A DNA stretch of 64,000 nucleotides from Nemertoderma westbladi. Its lineage: Eukaryota; Animalia; Xenacoelomorpha. Every line of letters begins with the position of its first letter. Positions within the stretch are counted from its first letter, which is position 1. The notes under the pieces are model-generated. The model saw only the letters and a program-made list of their open reading frames with translations, searched no databases and was not told where the DNA came from. The position numbers and the translations under genes were made by a program. This document shows positions 11,701 to 24,100 of this stretch, piece after piece. Location: contig JAUCBJ010000644.1 in assembly GCA_032718475.1 (NCBI GenBank), forward strand, positions 88,234 to 152,233. The letters run 5' to 3'.

Positions 11701-14700
11701 GATACCTTGGTATCCTAACTCGCCCCACCCATTGCGGCTACTTTGATACCTTGGTATCCTAACTCGCCCCACCTATTCCGTCTACTTTGATACCTTGGTA
11801 TCCTAACTCGCCCCACCCATTCCGGCTACTTTGATACCTTGGTATCCTAACTCGCCCCACCTATTCCGGCTACTTTGATACCTTGGTATCCTAACTCGCC
11901 CCACATATTCCGGCTACTTTGATACCTTGGTATCCTAACTCGCCCCACCCATTCCGTCTACTTTGATACCTTGGTATCCTAACTCGCCCCACCTATTCCG
12001 GCTACTTTGATACCTTGGTATCCTAAATCGCCCCACCCATTGCGGCTACTTTGATACCTTGGTATCCTAACTCGCCCCACCTATTCCGGCTACTTTGATA
12101 CCTTGGTATCCTAACTCGTCCCACCCATTGCGGCTACTTTGATACCTTGGTATCCTAACTCGTCCCACCCATTGCGGCTACTTTGATACCGTGGTATCCT
12201 AACTCGCCCCACCCATTGCGGCTACTAGGATCGGCATGCTGCATTGCAGCTGCATTTTTAAGAATGCTGTGCCGGCTTGTCAACAAAATTGCACCGCCAC
12301 AACTCCCTATCACCCATGACATTTGCTAGATCATCCGCATCTTTAAGGCCAGTGTCCTTTAAGATGCGTCTCAAGAAAGTCATGGGCTGTCCACCATGCT
12401 TATTCACTCCATGAGGCTGCCAAAGTACAAGATTATGCACTGGCTGGTCCTCACGGCGAAAGCAATGTCCTGCAAAGCGGAGGCGATTTTGTTCTAGTGT
12501 CAAGCTTGGGGGAACCAATGAGACACCTCCAATGTTATATAGTGTCTGGTTGGAGATGTGTGCATTGTACTTGACACAATGTACCCGGCGTAGCATTCTT
12601 GTGAATGTGCCATCCAGAGATTTGGTGTCCTCAGCAGTTAGAGCCCAGCATGGACTCCCGTAGAGGAGTACTGGAACTACTGCTGCTCTAAATAATCGGA
12701 CCTTAAGTTTCCGATTAATTCTCGGTGACTTCCAAATCCTAGAAAGCCTATTCAAGGCTGCCCATGCCTTTCCCTTACGTATTCGAAGGTCCTCACCTGA
12801 CTTCCGGATCCATGATCCCAGGTAACAGAAGTCGTCCACATGCTCAAGCATACCATCTTTTGAGCTTATGCTCATCCGATCAGAGACTTGCTGAGGACTT
12901 TCAAAGTTAACGGTCAGAATTTTGGTCTTTCTGGAGTTAATAAAAAGACCAACACTAGAAGCAGCATGTTCTAATGAGCTGAGGAGCAGTTGGGCTCCCT
13001 CTAATGATTCTGAGAGTACTCCTAAGTCATCAGCAAAGTCTAGATCAGTTAGGTACTTGGCAGGATTTCCTCGACTTCTGGAGCCAGTAGGTGGAGTTAT
13101 CATCACCCCATCATCATTATGATGATCTAAGGACATGCGTAGAACATAGTCAACCACAATAATGAACAAGAATGGTGCAAGTGTGTCTCCTTGGAGGACG
13201 CCCCATAACACTTCAAATGGTTCTGTGTCACCGTCAACAGTAGACACAAATGTTGTCGAACCATCGTATACTTATCTGATTGCTGCAATAATTTCATCAG
13301 GAATCCCATATAATGAAAGTATGCTGAACATACGTGAGCGAGAGACTGAATCAAAGGCCTTGAAGAAGTCAACAAAGATAACAGCCAGATGCCTGTCTTT
13401 CTTTTTTGATAATTCTTCAATTATCCTTCTAAGTGCCAAAATGGGCTCCATGGTCCCACGACCTTTACGGAACCCATTCTGATTTCCACGGAGCAGTCTC
13501 TCAATGGGATCCCTGATGCGATTTAATAGAATCCTATTGTATAGCTTTGCAGCAATCGAGATCAATGAGATTCCCCGAAAAGAACCATAGAGTGTTAGGT
13601 TGCCCTTCTTGGGAACTGGCACCAACTTATTTGTTTTCATTTCTTGTGGGACTCTTGTCGTTCGGTACATGTCTACTATGATGGGATAGATGAGCTTTAA
13701 ACACTCAGGTATTTTAAAGACCTCAGGGGAAACACCATCTACTCCACTGGCACGATTGGTCTTAATGCTCTTTGCAGCAGCTTTCACTTCTGCAAAGGAG
13801 ATATCGCCAATGGGAATATCTGGGAGTACAGACTCAGACACTTTTACTTCTATAAAGTTATCAGGCAATACCCTGTCATTATTGAGGAGCTTTTCAAAGT
13901 GGGCTTTCCAACCATTGAGGCGATCGGCTGGTGATTCAGCCTTAACCTTGGTGGTTGGTTGGCTTTTACGCCCAGTAAGCAGATTGATTGATTTCCATGC
14001 CTGGGATGATTGCCTGCTGTCGTCAGCATCATTGATGGCATCAACCTGTTGGTTTATTAGCTCCCGTAGATTAACAGAGTACTGCCTGTTCAGGGACCTA
14101 GATGCAGCCTTAACTGCATTCTTGGCCGCTGTAGTCTGTTTGAGTCGGGACTCTTTCTGCGCCTTATGAAGGTCATTTCGGCACTTCTGAATTTTGTTGT
14201 CAGTCCAGGGGGCCCTTTTCCTGTTTCGAGGGTATACAGGAACTGTTTCTGCAGCTGCTAACTTAACTGCTTCTGTAAAGGCAGTATAGCCCTCACAGTG
14301 ATCTGCCGCCTCAGAGGCAAGAGCCTCATACATGTTGCTCAGCTGTAGTGTGAAGCTGGATCTCACACTTGGCTGTTGCAACAGAGAGGACCAGTCATGC
14401 CGCGGCAAGGCAGATTTCGTTGTTCTGCTAGCACGCAGACTAAGTCTTACCTTGGCCACAATAAGGCGGTGATCACTGGAGAAGGGTCGAAGTGTAAATG
14501 CATTACAGTCTTGTATAGAGCTCCTGTATTTCCTACGAAACAGAATATGGTCTATCTGGGACTTGTGACCACTGGGTCCACTATGAGTCCATAGCTTTCC
14601 AGTTCGCTTCTTGAACTGGGTTCCAGCCGAAAACAATCCATTTCCAGAGATAAAATCCTGAAGATGGACAGAATTTCGGTTAACACTATTGCTATAGACT

Positions 14701-17700
14701 CAGGGCGATGTAGGTGATTGATGCAGACTTGCATTAAAGTCTCCCAGGAATGTTAAGAATGCATGCTGATCCACTCCATCAGTAGCTGCTTGTAGATTGT
14801 GGTAGAAATTTTCCACCTCCTCTACAGGGGCAACACTAGTTGGAGAGTAGCACACAATCAGAACCACCTTAGGAAACTTCTTAGCCAGTCTTCCAGAACA
14901 TGAGAAGTGGCAACGGATGATGCGGTTAGAGATTTGGTCTATTTTGTCCAATGCTGCATGTGCAGTTGGATTCATCAATAGACCAATTCCACCATTGCCA
15001 CTATCATCTGCTGACGCGAGGGCGAGTCGCCAACCGCCCCCCATGTCCTTAATCAGAACATCATCAGTCTGTCCAGTCTGCATTCGGTGCTCTTGAACAC
15101 CCACTGCGCTAAGAGAAAGCTTATCTGCCAAGGCAGTCAGCTCACCTTGTCGCATTGGGGACCGACAATTGGGGACCCGACGCGCATTGCGGCTACTTTG
15201 ATACCTTGGTATCCTAACTCGCCCCACCTATTCCGGCTACTTTGATACCTTGGTATCCTAACTCGCCCCACCTATTCCGGCTACTTTGATACCTTGGTAT
15301 CCTAACTCGCCCCACCTATTCCGGCTACTTTGATACCTTGGTATCCTAACTCGCCCCACCTATTCCGGCTACTTTGATACCTTGGTATCCTAACTCGTCC
15401 CACCCATTGCGGCTACTTTGATACCTTGGTATCCTAACTCGCCCCACCCATTGCGGCTACTTTGATACCTTGGTATCCTAACTCGCCCCACCCATTGCGG
15501 CTACTTTGATACCGTGGTATCCTAACTCGCCCCACCCATTGCGGCTACTTTGATACCTTGGTATCCTAACTCGCCCCACCTATTCCGGCTACTTTGATAC
15601 CTTGGTATCCTAACTCGCCCCACCTATTCCGGCTATTTTGATACCTTGGTATCCTAACTCGTCCCCCCATTGCGGCTACTTTGATACCTTGGTATCCTAA
15701 CTCGTCCCACCCATTGCGGCTACTTTGATACCGTGGTATCCTAACTCGCCCCACCCATTGCGGCTACTTTGATACCTTGGTATCCTAACTCGCCCCACCT
15801 ATTCCGGCTACTTTGATACCTTGGTATCCTAACTCGCCCCACCTATTCCGGCTACTTTGATACCTTGGTATCCTAACTCGCCCCACCTATTCCGGCTACT
15901 TTGATACCTTGGTATCCTAACTCGCCCCACCTATTCCGGCTACTTTGATACCTTGGTATCCTAACTCGCCCCACCCATTGCGGCTACTTTGATACCTTGG
16001 TATCCTAACTCGCCCCACCTATTCCGGCTACTTTGATACCTTGGTATCCTAACTCGCCCCACCTATTCCGGCTACTTTGATACCTTGGTATCCTAACTCG
16101 CCCCACCCATTCCGTCTACTTTGATACCTTGGTATCCTAACTCGCCCCACCTATTCCGGCTACTTTGATACCTTGGTATCCTAACTCGCCCCACCCATTG
16201 CGGCTACTTTGATACCTTGGTATCCTAACTCGCCCCACCCATTCCGGCTACTTTGATACCTTGGTATCCTAACTCGCCCCACCTATTCCGGCTACTTTGA
16301 TACCTTGGTATCCTAACTCGCCCCACCTATTCCGGCTACTTTGATACCTTGGTATCCTAACTCGCCCCACCCATTGCGGCTACTTTGATACCTTGGTATC
16401 CTAACTCGCCCCACCCATTCCGGCTACTTTGATACCTTGGTATCCTAACTCGCCCCACCCATTCCGGCTACTTTGATACCTTGGTATCCTAACTCGCCCC
16501 ACCTATTCCGGCTACTTTGATACCTTGGTATCCTAACTCGCCCCACCTATTCCGGCTACTTTGATACCTTGGTATCCTAACTCGCCCCACCTATTCCGGC
16601 TACTTTGATACCTTGGTATCCTAACTCGTCCCACCCATTGCGGCTACTTCGATACCTTGGTATCCTAACTCGTCCCACCCATTGCGGCTACTTTGATACC
16701 TTGGTATCCTAACTCGCCCCACCCATTGCGGCTACTTTGATACCTTGGTATCCTAACTCGCCCCACCCATTGCGGCTACTTTGATACCTTGGTATCCTAA
16801 CTCGTCCCACCCATTGCGGCTACTTTGATACCTTGGTATCCTAACTCGCCCCACCCATTGCGGCTACTTTGATACCTTGGTATCCTAACTCGCCCCACCT
16901 ATTCCGGCTACTTTGATACCTTGGTATCCTAACTCGCCCCACCTATTCCGGCTACTTTGATACCTTGGTATCCTAACTCGCCCCACCTATTCCGGCTACT
17001 TTGATACCTTGGTATCCTAACTCGCCCCACCTATTCCGGCTACTTTGATACCTTGGTATCCTAACTCGCCCCACCCATTGCGGCTACTTTGATACCTTGG
17101 TATCCTAACTCGCCCCACCTATTCCGGCTACTTTGATACCTTGGTATCCTAACTCGCCCCACCTATTCCGGCTACTTTGATACCTTGGTATCCTAACTCG
17201 CCCCACCTATTCCGGCTACTTTGATACCTTGGTATCCTAACTCGCCCCACCTATTCCGGCTACTTTGATACCTTGGTATCCTAACTCGTCCCACCCATTG
17301 CGGCTACTTTGATACCTTGGTATCCTAACTCGCCCCACCCATTCCGGCTACTTTGATACCTTGGTATCCTAACTCGCCCCACCTATTCCGGCTACTTTGA
17401 TACCTTGGTATCCTAACTCGCCCCACCCATTGCGGCTACTTTGATACCTTGGTATCCTAACTCGCCCCACCCATTGCGGCTACTTTGATACCTTGGTATC
17501 CTAACTCGCCCCACCCATTGCGGCTACTTTGATACCTTGGTATCCTAACTCGCCCCACCTATTCCGTCTACTTTGATACCTTGGTATCCTAACTCGCCCC
17601 ACCTATTCCGGCTACTTTGATACCTTGGTATCCTAACTCGTCCCACCCATTGCGGCTACTTTGATACCTTGGTATCCTAACTCGTCCCACCCATTGCGGC

Positions 17701-20361
17701 TACTTTGATACCTTGGTATCCTAACTCGCCCCACCCATTCCGTCTACTTTGATACCTTGGTATCCTAACTCGCCCCACCTATTCCGGCTACTTTGATACC
17801 TTGGTATCCTAACTCGTCCCACCCATTGCGGCTACTTTGATACCTTGGTATCCTAACTCGTCCCACCCATTGCGGCTACTTTGATACCTTGGTATCCTAA
17901 CTCGCCCCACCCATTCCGGCTACTTTGATACCTTGGTATCCTAACTCGTCCCACCCATTGCGGCTACTTTGATACCTTGGTATCCTAACTCGCCCCACCT
18001 ATTCCGGCTACTTTGATACCTTGGTATCCTAACTCGCCCCACCCATTGCGGCTACTTTGATACCTTGGTATCCTAACTCGCCCCACCCATTCCGGCTACT
18101 TTGATACCTTGGTATCCTAACTCGCCCCACCTATTGCGGCTACTTTGATACCTTGGTATCCTAACTCGCCCCACCCATTCCGGCTACTTTGATACCTTGG
18201 TATCCTAACTCGCCCCACCTATTCCGGCTACTTTGATACCTTGGTATCCTAACTCGTCCCACCCATTGCGGCTACTTTGATACCTTGGTATCCTAACTCG
18301 CCCCACACATTCCGGCTACTTTGATACCTTGGTATCCTAACTCGCCCCACCTATTCCGTCTACTTTGATACCTTGGTATCCTAACTCGCCCCACCTATTC
18401 CGGCTACTTTGATACCTTGGTATCCTAACTCGTCCCACCCATTGCGGCTACTTTGATACCTTGGTATCCTAACTCGCCCCACCTATTCCGTCTACTTTGA
18501 TACCTTGGTATCCTAACTCGCCCCACCTATTCCGGCTACTTTGATACCTTGGTATCCTAACTCGTCCCACCCATTGCGGCTACTTTGATACCTTGGTATC
18601 CTAACTCGCCCCACCCATTAGGGCTACTTTGATACCTTGGTATCCTAACTCGCCCCACCCATTCCGTCTACTTTGATACCTTGGTATCCTAACTCGTCCC
18701 ACCCATTGCGGCTACTTTGATACCTTGGTATCCTAACTCGCCCCACCCATTCCGTCTACTTTGATACCTTGGTATCCTAACTCGCCCCACCCATTGCGGC
18801 TACTTTGATACCTTGGTATCCTAACTCGCCCCACCCATTGCGGCTACTTTGATACCTTGGTATCCTAACTCGTCCCACCTATTCCGGCTACTTTGATACC
18901 TTGGTATCCTAACTCGCCCCACCCATTCCGGCTACTTTGATACCTTGGTATCCTAACCCGCCCCACCCATTGGGGCTACTTTGATACCTTGGTATCCTCA
19001 CTCGCCCCACCCATTGCGGCTACTTTGATACCTTGGTATCCTAACTCGTCCCACCCATTGCGGCTACTTTGATACCTTGGTATCCTAGCTCGCCCCACCC
19101 ATTCCGGCTACTTTGATACCTTGGTATCCTAACTCGCCCCACCTATTCCGGCTACTTTGATACCTTGGTATCCTAACTCGTCCCACCCATTGCGGCTACT
19201 TTGATACCTTGGTATCCTAACTCGCCCCACACATTGCGGCTACTTTGATACCTTGGTATCCTAACTCGCCCCACCCATTCCGTCTACTTTGATACCTTGG
19301 TATCCTAACTCGCCCCACCTATTCCGGCTACTTTGATACCTTGGTATCCTAACTCGTCTCACCCATTGCGGCTACTTTGATACCTTGGTATCCTAACTCG
19401 TCCCACCTATTCCGGCTACTTTGATACCTTGGTATCCTAACTCGCCCCACCTATTGCGGCTACTTTGATACCTTGGTATCCTAACTCGCCCCACCTATTC
19501 CGGCTACTTTGATACCTTGGTATCCTAACTCGCCCCACCTATTCCAGCTACTTTGATACCTTGGTATCCTAACTCGTCCCACACATTGGGGCTACTTTGA
19601 TACCTTGGTATCCTAACTCGCCCCACCTATTCCGGCTACTTTGATACCTTGGTATCCTAACTCGCCCCACCCATTCCTGCTACTTTGATTCCTTGGTATC
19701 CTAACTCGCCCCACCCATTCCGGCTACTTTGATACCTTGGTATCCTAACTCGCCCCACACATTGGGGCTACTTTGATACCTTGGTATCCTAACTCGCCCC
19801 ACCTATTCCGGCTACTTTGATACCTTGGTATCCTAACTCGCCCCACCCATTCCGGCTACTTTGATACCTTGGTATCCTAACTCGCCCCACCTATTCCGGC
19901 TACTTTGATTCCTTGGTATCCTAACTCGCCCCACCCATTGGGGCTACTTTGATACCTTGTTATCCTAACTCGCCCCACCTATTCCGGCTACTTTGATTCC
20001 TTGGTATCCTAACTCGCCCCACCTATTGCGGCTACTTTGATACCTTTGTATCCTAACTCGCCCCACCTATTCCGGCTACTTTGATACTTTGGTATCCTAA
20101 CTCGCCCCACCTATTCCAGCTACTTTGATTCCTTGGTATCCTAACTCGCCCCACCTATTCCAGCTACTTTGATACCTTGGTATCCTAACTCGCCCCTCCT
20201 ATTCCGGCTACTTTGATACCTTGGTATCCTTATCGCCCCTCCTATTCCGGCTACTTTGATACCATGGTATCCTTATCGCCCCACCCATTGGAGATACTTT
20301 GATACCTTGGTATCCTTATCGCACCACCCATTGGGGCTACTTTGATACCTTGGTATTCTTA
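8733..20361. repeat. 44-bp satellite array (~197 units; arms 8733-12226 and 15185-20361) interrupted by a LINE
   Basis: Unit CCCCACC(T/C)ATT(C/G)CGGCTACTTTGATACCTTGGTATCCTAACTCG in head-to-tail tandem with no spacers; internal inverted repeat GATACC-TT-GGTATC; units degrade at the right edge. Confidence 0.98.
12227..15184 (-). mobile_element. RTE-like non-LTR retrotransposon (APE endonuclease + RT), slightly 5'-truncated, with two nonsense codons
   Basis: ORFs 14700-15227, 13272-14636 and 12258-13247 share one frame, split by TGA (14700) and TAA (13272). APE motifs VQEHR, YSPT, GDFNA, QIDHI, SDH; RT motifs GVLQGDTLAPFLF, DFADD. TAG tail. 13-bp TSD CATTGCGGCTACT at 12214-12226 and 15185-15197. 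Confidence 0.93.
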
Positions 20362-20644
20362 GGATTTTTCTATTCTATTCACTACAGTTTACTCAGGAGT
20401 GACCGATGATTATTTTTGAATTCTCCATAAAAAAATCCACATTTTTGTATACGGCGAATGTATACCAACTGCGAATTGGTATCAGGAAATTAGCTTAAAA
20501 GGTTGACCACAATAATAACAAAACTGCAAAATTTTTAGAAATGACTTCGGAAATTACAGGTTTCCAAATGAGTTCAAATATCCCGCCTCAACATAACAAA
20601 TTATTGATATAAAGACAACAAAACTCACTCATTGGTCTCCATTA

Positions 20645-20684
20645 TCAGTCACCCACACTGTCAAAGTCACCCCGTTTGACGGTA
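20645..20684. mobile_element. Solo terminus resembling a Tc1/mariner-pogo TIR
   Basis: Reads TACCGTCAAACGGGGTGACTTTGACAG on -, similar to recalled TACCGT..CGGGGTGAC ends; no partner TIR found in the window. Confidence 0.35.
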
Positions 20685-20831
20685 GTATAAATAATATATA
20701 AATAACTATGAAAAATAATGTTTTTAATACGTTTTTAAGATGCATTTACTTTTCAAGGCTATATACTTTATTTAATCCATTGATTATGATCCCTAGTTTT
20801 AGTTGTATTACAACACATAATTAATAAATAA

Positions 20832-21107
20832 ATGAAAATGAACAAAAATAACGAAAATAGAAAAGACATTAATAAACTTAATCTGATTTCGCCACGAAAA
20901 GTATCCTGGCTGATACTGTTATTTCTGATAATAAATTTAGCTTTGTGGGTCATTACTTCCAGTTTGTTTATCCTGCTATATAATGAAGTTGCTGCAATAC
21001 GAGTTGAAAAGTGCCCAACGTCGAGAGAAGATCTCACCAAGATTAACTCGTTTCAAAAGCCCGTTCTAAATGTTACATCTGTTGATAATGATAATACAAA
21101 ACAAATG
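20832..21107 (+). CDS. TNF-superfamily ligand, exon 1 (cytoplasmic tail, type II TM helix, stalk)
   Basis: ATG, basic tail, hydrophobic WLILLFLIINLALWVITSSLFILLY, then donor ATG|GTAAGA in phase 0, matching exon 2. Confidence 0.8.
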
Positions 21108-24100
21108 GTAAGACTAATTCTATGCAATATACATCTACTCTGCCGTTAGAAGGTAGAACAACACCCTATCGCAAAATATCATGTTTTGAGTAAATGGACT
21201 TAGACTATGACGGTTTGCTGTAACGAACCAGCAAATCATGAGATTTTGATTCGTAAGTGTTCAGGAAGAGGAAAGATTGGGAAATTTTTTGAAATCAAAA
21301 TATTACCTTTTCATTCGTCCATATGCACTGAGATAAGAGATATCAGTAGGGTGTTTTCGCATTGAGTGTTTTTACGGTCGATGAATTGCAATGGGGTAGA
21401 CGACTCGGAAAATTTTTTTCGAGTTAGGGTGTTTTGCATTATCTCCAATTTTCATAGGGTGATTTTATTACCGTGTAATTACTTTTGATTACCGGCTGAG
21501 GTGAAATGTAGGTGTTTATTTCTTGTGCATTTATATTTCATTTTTTAATATCAAATTTACCAGAGAAATATGTAGTGAATAGTTTTTTAACAAAGCTCAT
21601 TAGAATCTGCTAACGTACATTACTGTGTAAGCTCCAGTAGGTATCTTGAATTTCCTGACGATATTCACTATTAATCTTCTCTTTACAGTCCAACTTGCAC
21701 TTATCCCAAATACGTCTATGATCAGGAGATTGACATCTGCTTTGGGCTAGTGTGGCATTACCATGCAAAATCCCCTGATTTCGTGGATATGCTACCTGTT
21801 GGAGGATGTTATTATCTCCACCCCGATCATAAACATTAGCAAATCCTTTATAACTCCATCTACCAACACCAACATTCCGCCATCCACCCACTCCATCTAC
21901 CTCCAACTCCTCCTGTCCACCTACTCCATATACATCTGACATCCCCCGTCCACTCACTCCATCTACCTCTGACATCCCCCGGCCACCAACTCCATCTACC
22001 TCAAAGTCCTCCTGTCCACCCAATCCGTCTACCTCTGACATCCTCCGTCCACCAACTCCATCTACCTCCAAGTCCTCCTGTCCACCCACTCCATATACAT
22101 CTGACATCCCCCGTCCACGCACTCCATCTACCTCTGACATCCCCTGTCCACGCACTCCATCTACCTCTGACATCCCCTGTCCACGCACTCCATCTACCTC
22201 TGACATCCCCCGTCCACCAACTCCATCTACCTCCAACTCCTCCTGTCCACCCACTCCATATACATCTGACATCCCCCGTCCACCCACTCCATCTACCTCC
22301 AAGTCCTCCTGTCCACCCACTCCATATACATCTGACATCCCCCGTCCACCCACTCCATCTACCTCCAAGTCCTCCTGTCCACCCACTCCATATACATCTG
22401 ACATCCCCCGTCCACGCACTCCATCTACCTCTGACATCCCCTGTCCACGCACTCCATCTACCTCTGACATCCCCTGTCCACGCACTCCATATACATCTGA
22501 AATCCCCCGTCCACCCACTCCATCTACCTCCAAGTCCTCCTGTCCACCCACTCCATATACATCTGACATCCCCCGTCCACGCACTCCATCTACCTCTGAC
22601 ATCCCCTGTCCAAGCACTCCATCTACCACAAACTCCTCCTGTCCACCCAATCCATCTACCTCTGACATCCCCCGTCCACCAACTCCATCTACCTCCAACT
22701 CCTCCTGTCCACCCACTCCATATACATCTGACATCCCCCGTCCACCCACTCCATCTACCTCCAAGTCCTCCTGTCCACCCACTCCATATACATCTGACAT
22801 CCCCCGTCCACGCACTCCATCTACCTCTGACATCCCCTGTCCACGCACTCCATCTACCACAAACTCCTCCTGTCCACCCAATCCATCTACCTCTGACATC
22901 CTCCGGCCACCAACTCCATCTACCTCCAAGTCCTCCTGTCCACCCACTCCATATACATCTGACATCCCCCGTCCACCCACTCTATCTACCTCCAACATCC
23001 CTTGTCCACCCACTCCATCTACCTCCAACATCCCCCGTCCACCCACTCCATATACATCTGACATCCCCCGTCCACGCACTCCATCTACCTCTGACATCCC
23101 CTGTCCACGCACTCCATCTACCTCTGACATCCCCCGTCCACCAACTCCATCTACCTCCAACTCCTCCTGTCCACCCACTCCATATACATCTGACATCCCC
23201 CGTCCACCAACTCCATCTACCTCCAACATCCCCCGTCCACCCACTCCATATACATCTGACATCCCCCGTCCACGCACTCCATCTACCTCTGACATCCCCT
23301 GTCCACGCACTCCATCTACCTCTGACATCCGCCATCCACCCACTCCATCTACCTCCAAGTCCTCCTGTCCACCCAATCCATCTACCTCTGACATCCTCCG
23401 TCCACCCACTCCATCTACCTCTGACATCCCCCGGCCACCCACTCTATCTACCTCCAACATCCCTTGTCCACCCACTCCATCTACCTCCAAGTCCTCCTGT
23501 CCACCCACTCCATTTACCTCTGACATCCGCCGTCCACCAACTCCATCTACCTCTGACATCCCCTGTCCACCCACTCCATATACATCTGACATCCCCCGGC
23601 CTCCAACTCCATCTACCTCCAACTCCTCCTGTCCACCCACTCCATATACATCTGACATCCCCCGTCCACGCACTCCATCTACCTCTGACATCCCCCGGCC
23701 ACCAACTCCATCTACCTCAAACTCCTCCTGTCCACCCAATCCATCTACCTCTGACATCCCCTGTCCACCAACTCCATCTACCTCTGACATCCCCCGTCCA
23801 CCAACTCCATCTACCTCCAACTCCTCCTGTCCACCCACTCCATCTACCTCTGACATGCCCCGTCCACCCACTCCATCTACCTCTGACATCCTCCAGTCCA
23901 CCCACTCCATCTACCTCTGACATCCCCCGTCCACCAACTCCATCTACCTCCAAGTCCTCCTGTCCACCCACTCCATATACATCTGACATCCGCCGTCCAC
24001 CAACTCCATCTACCTCCAACTCCTCCTGTCCACCCACTCCATCTACCTCTGACATGCCCCGTCCACCCACTCCATCTACCTCTGACATCCTCCAGTCCAC

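Noticed and set aside
15155-15227. MGRVRIPRYQSSRN N-terminus of the LINE ORF (also ORFs at 8543 and 15566)
   Set aside because: Translated satellite read through the insertion junction, not LINE protein.
8733-20361. CRISPR-like array (palindromic repeat of CRISPR-like size)
   Set aside because: Units are directly adjacent with no unique spacers, there are no cas genes, and the context is eukaryotic.
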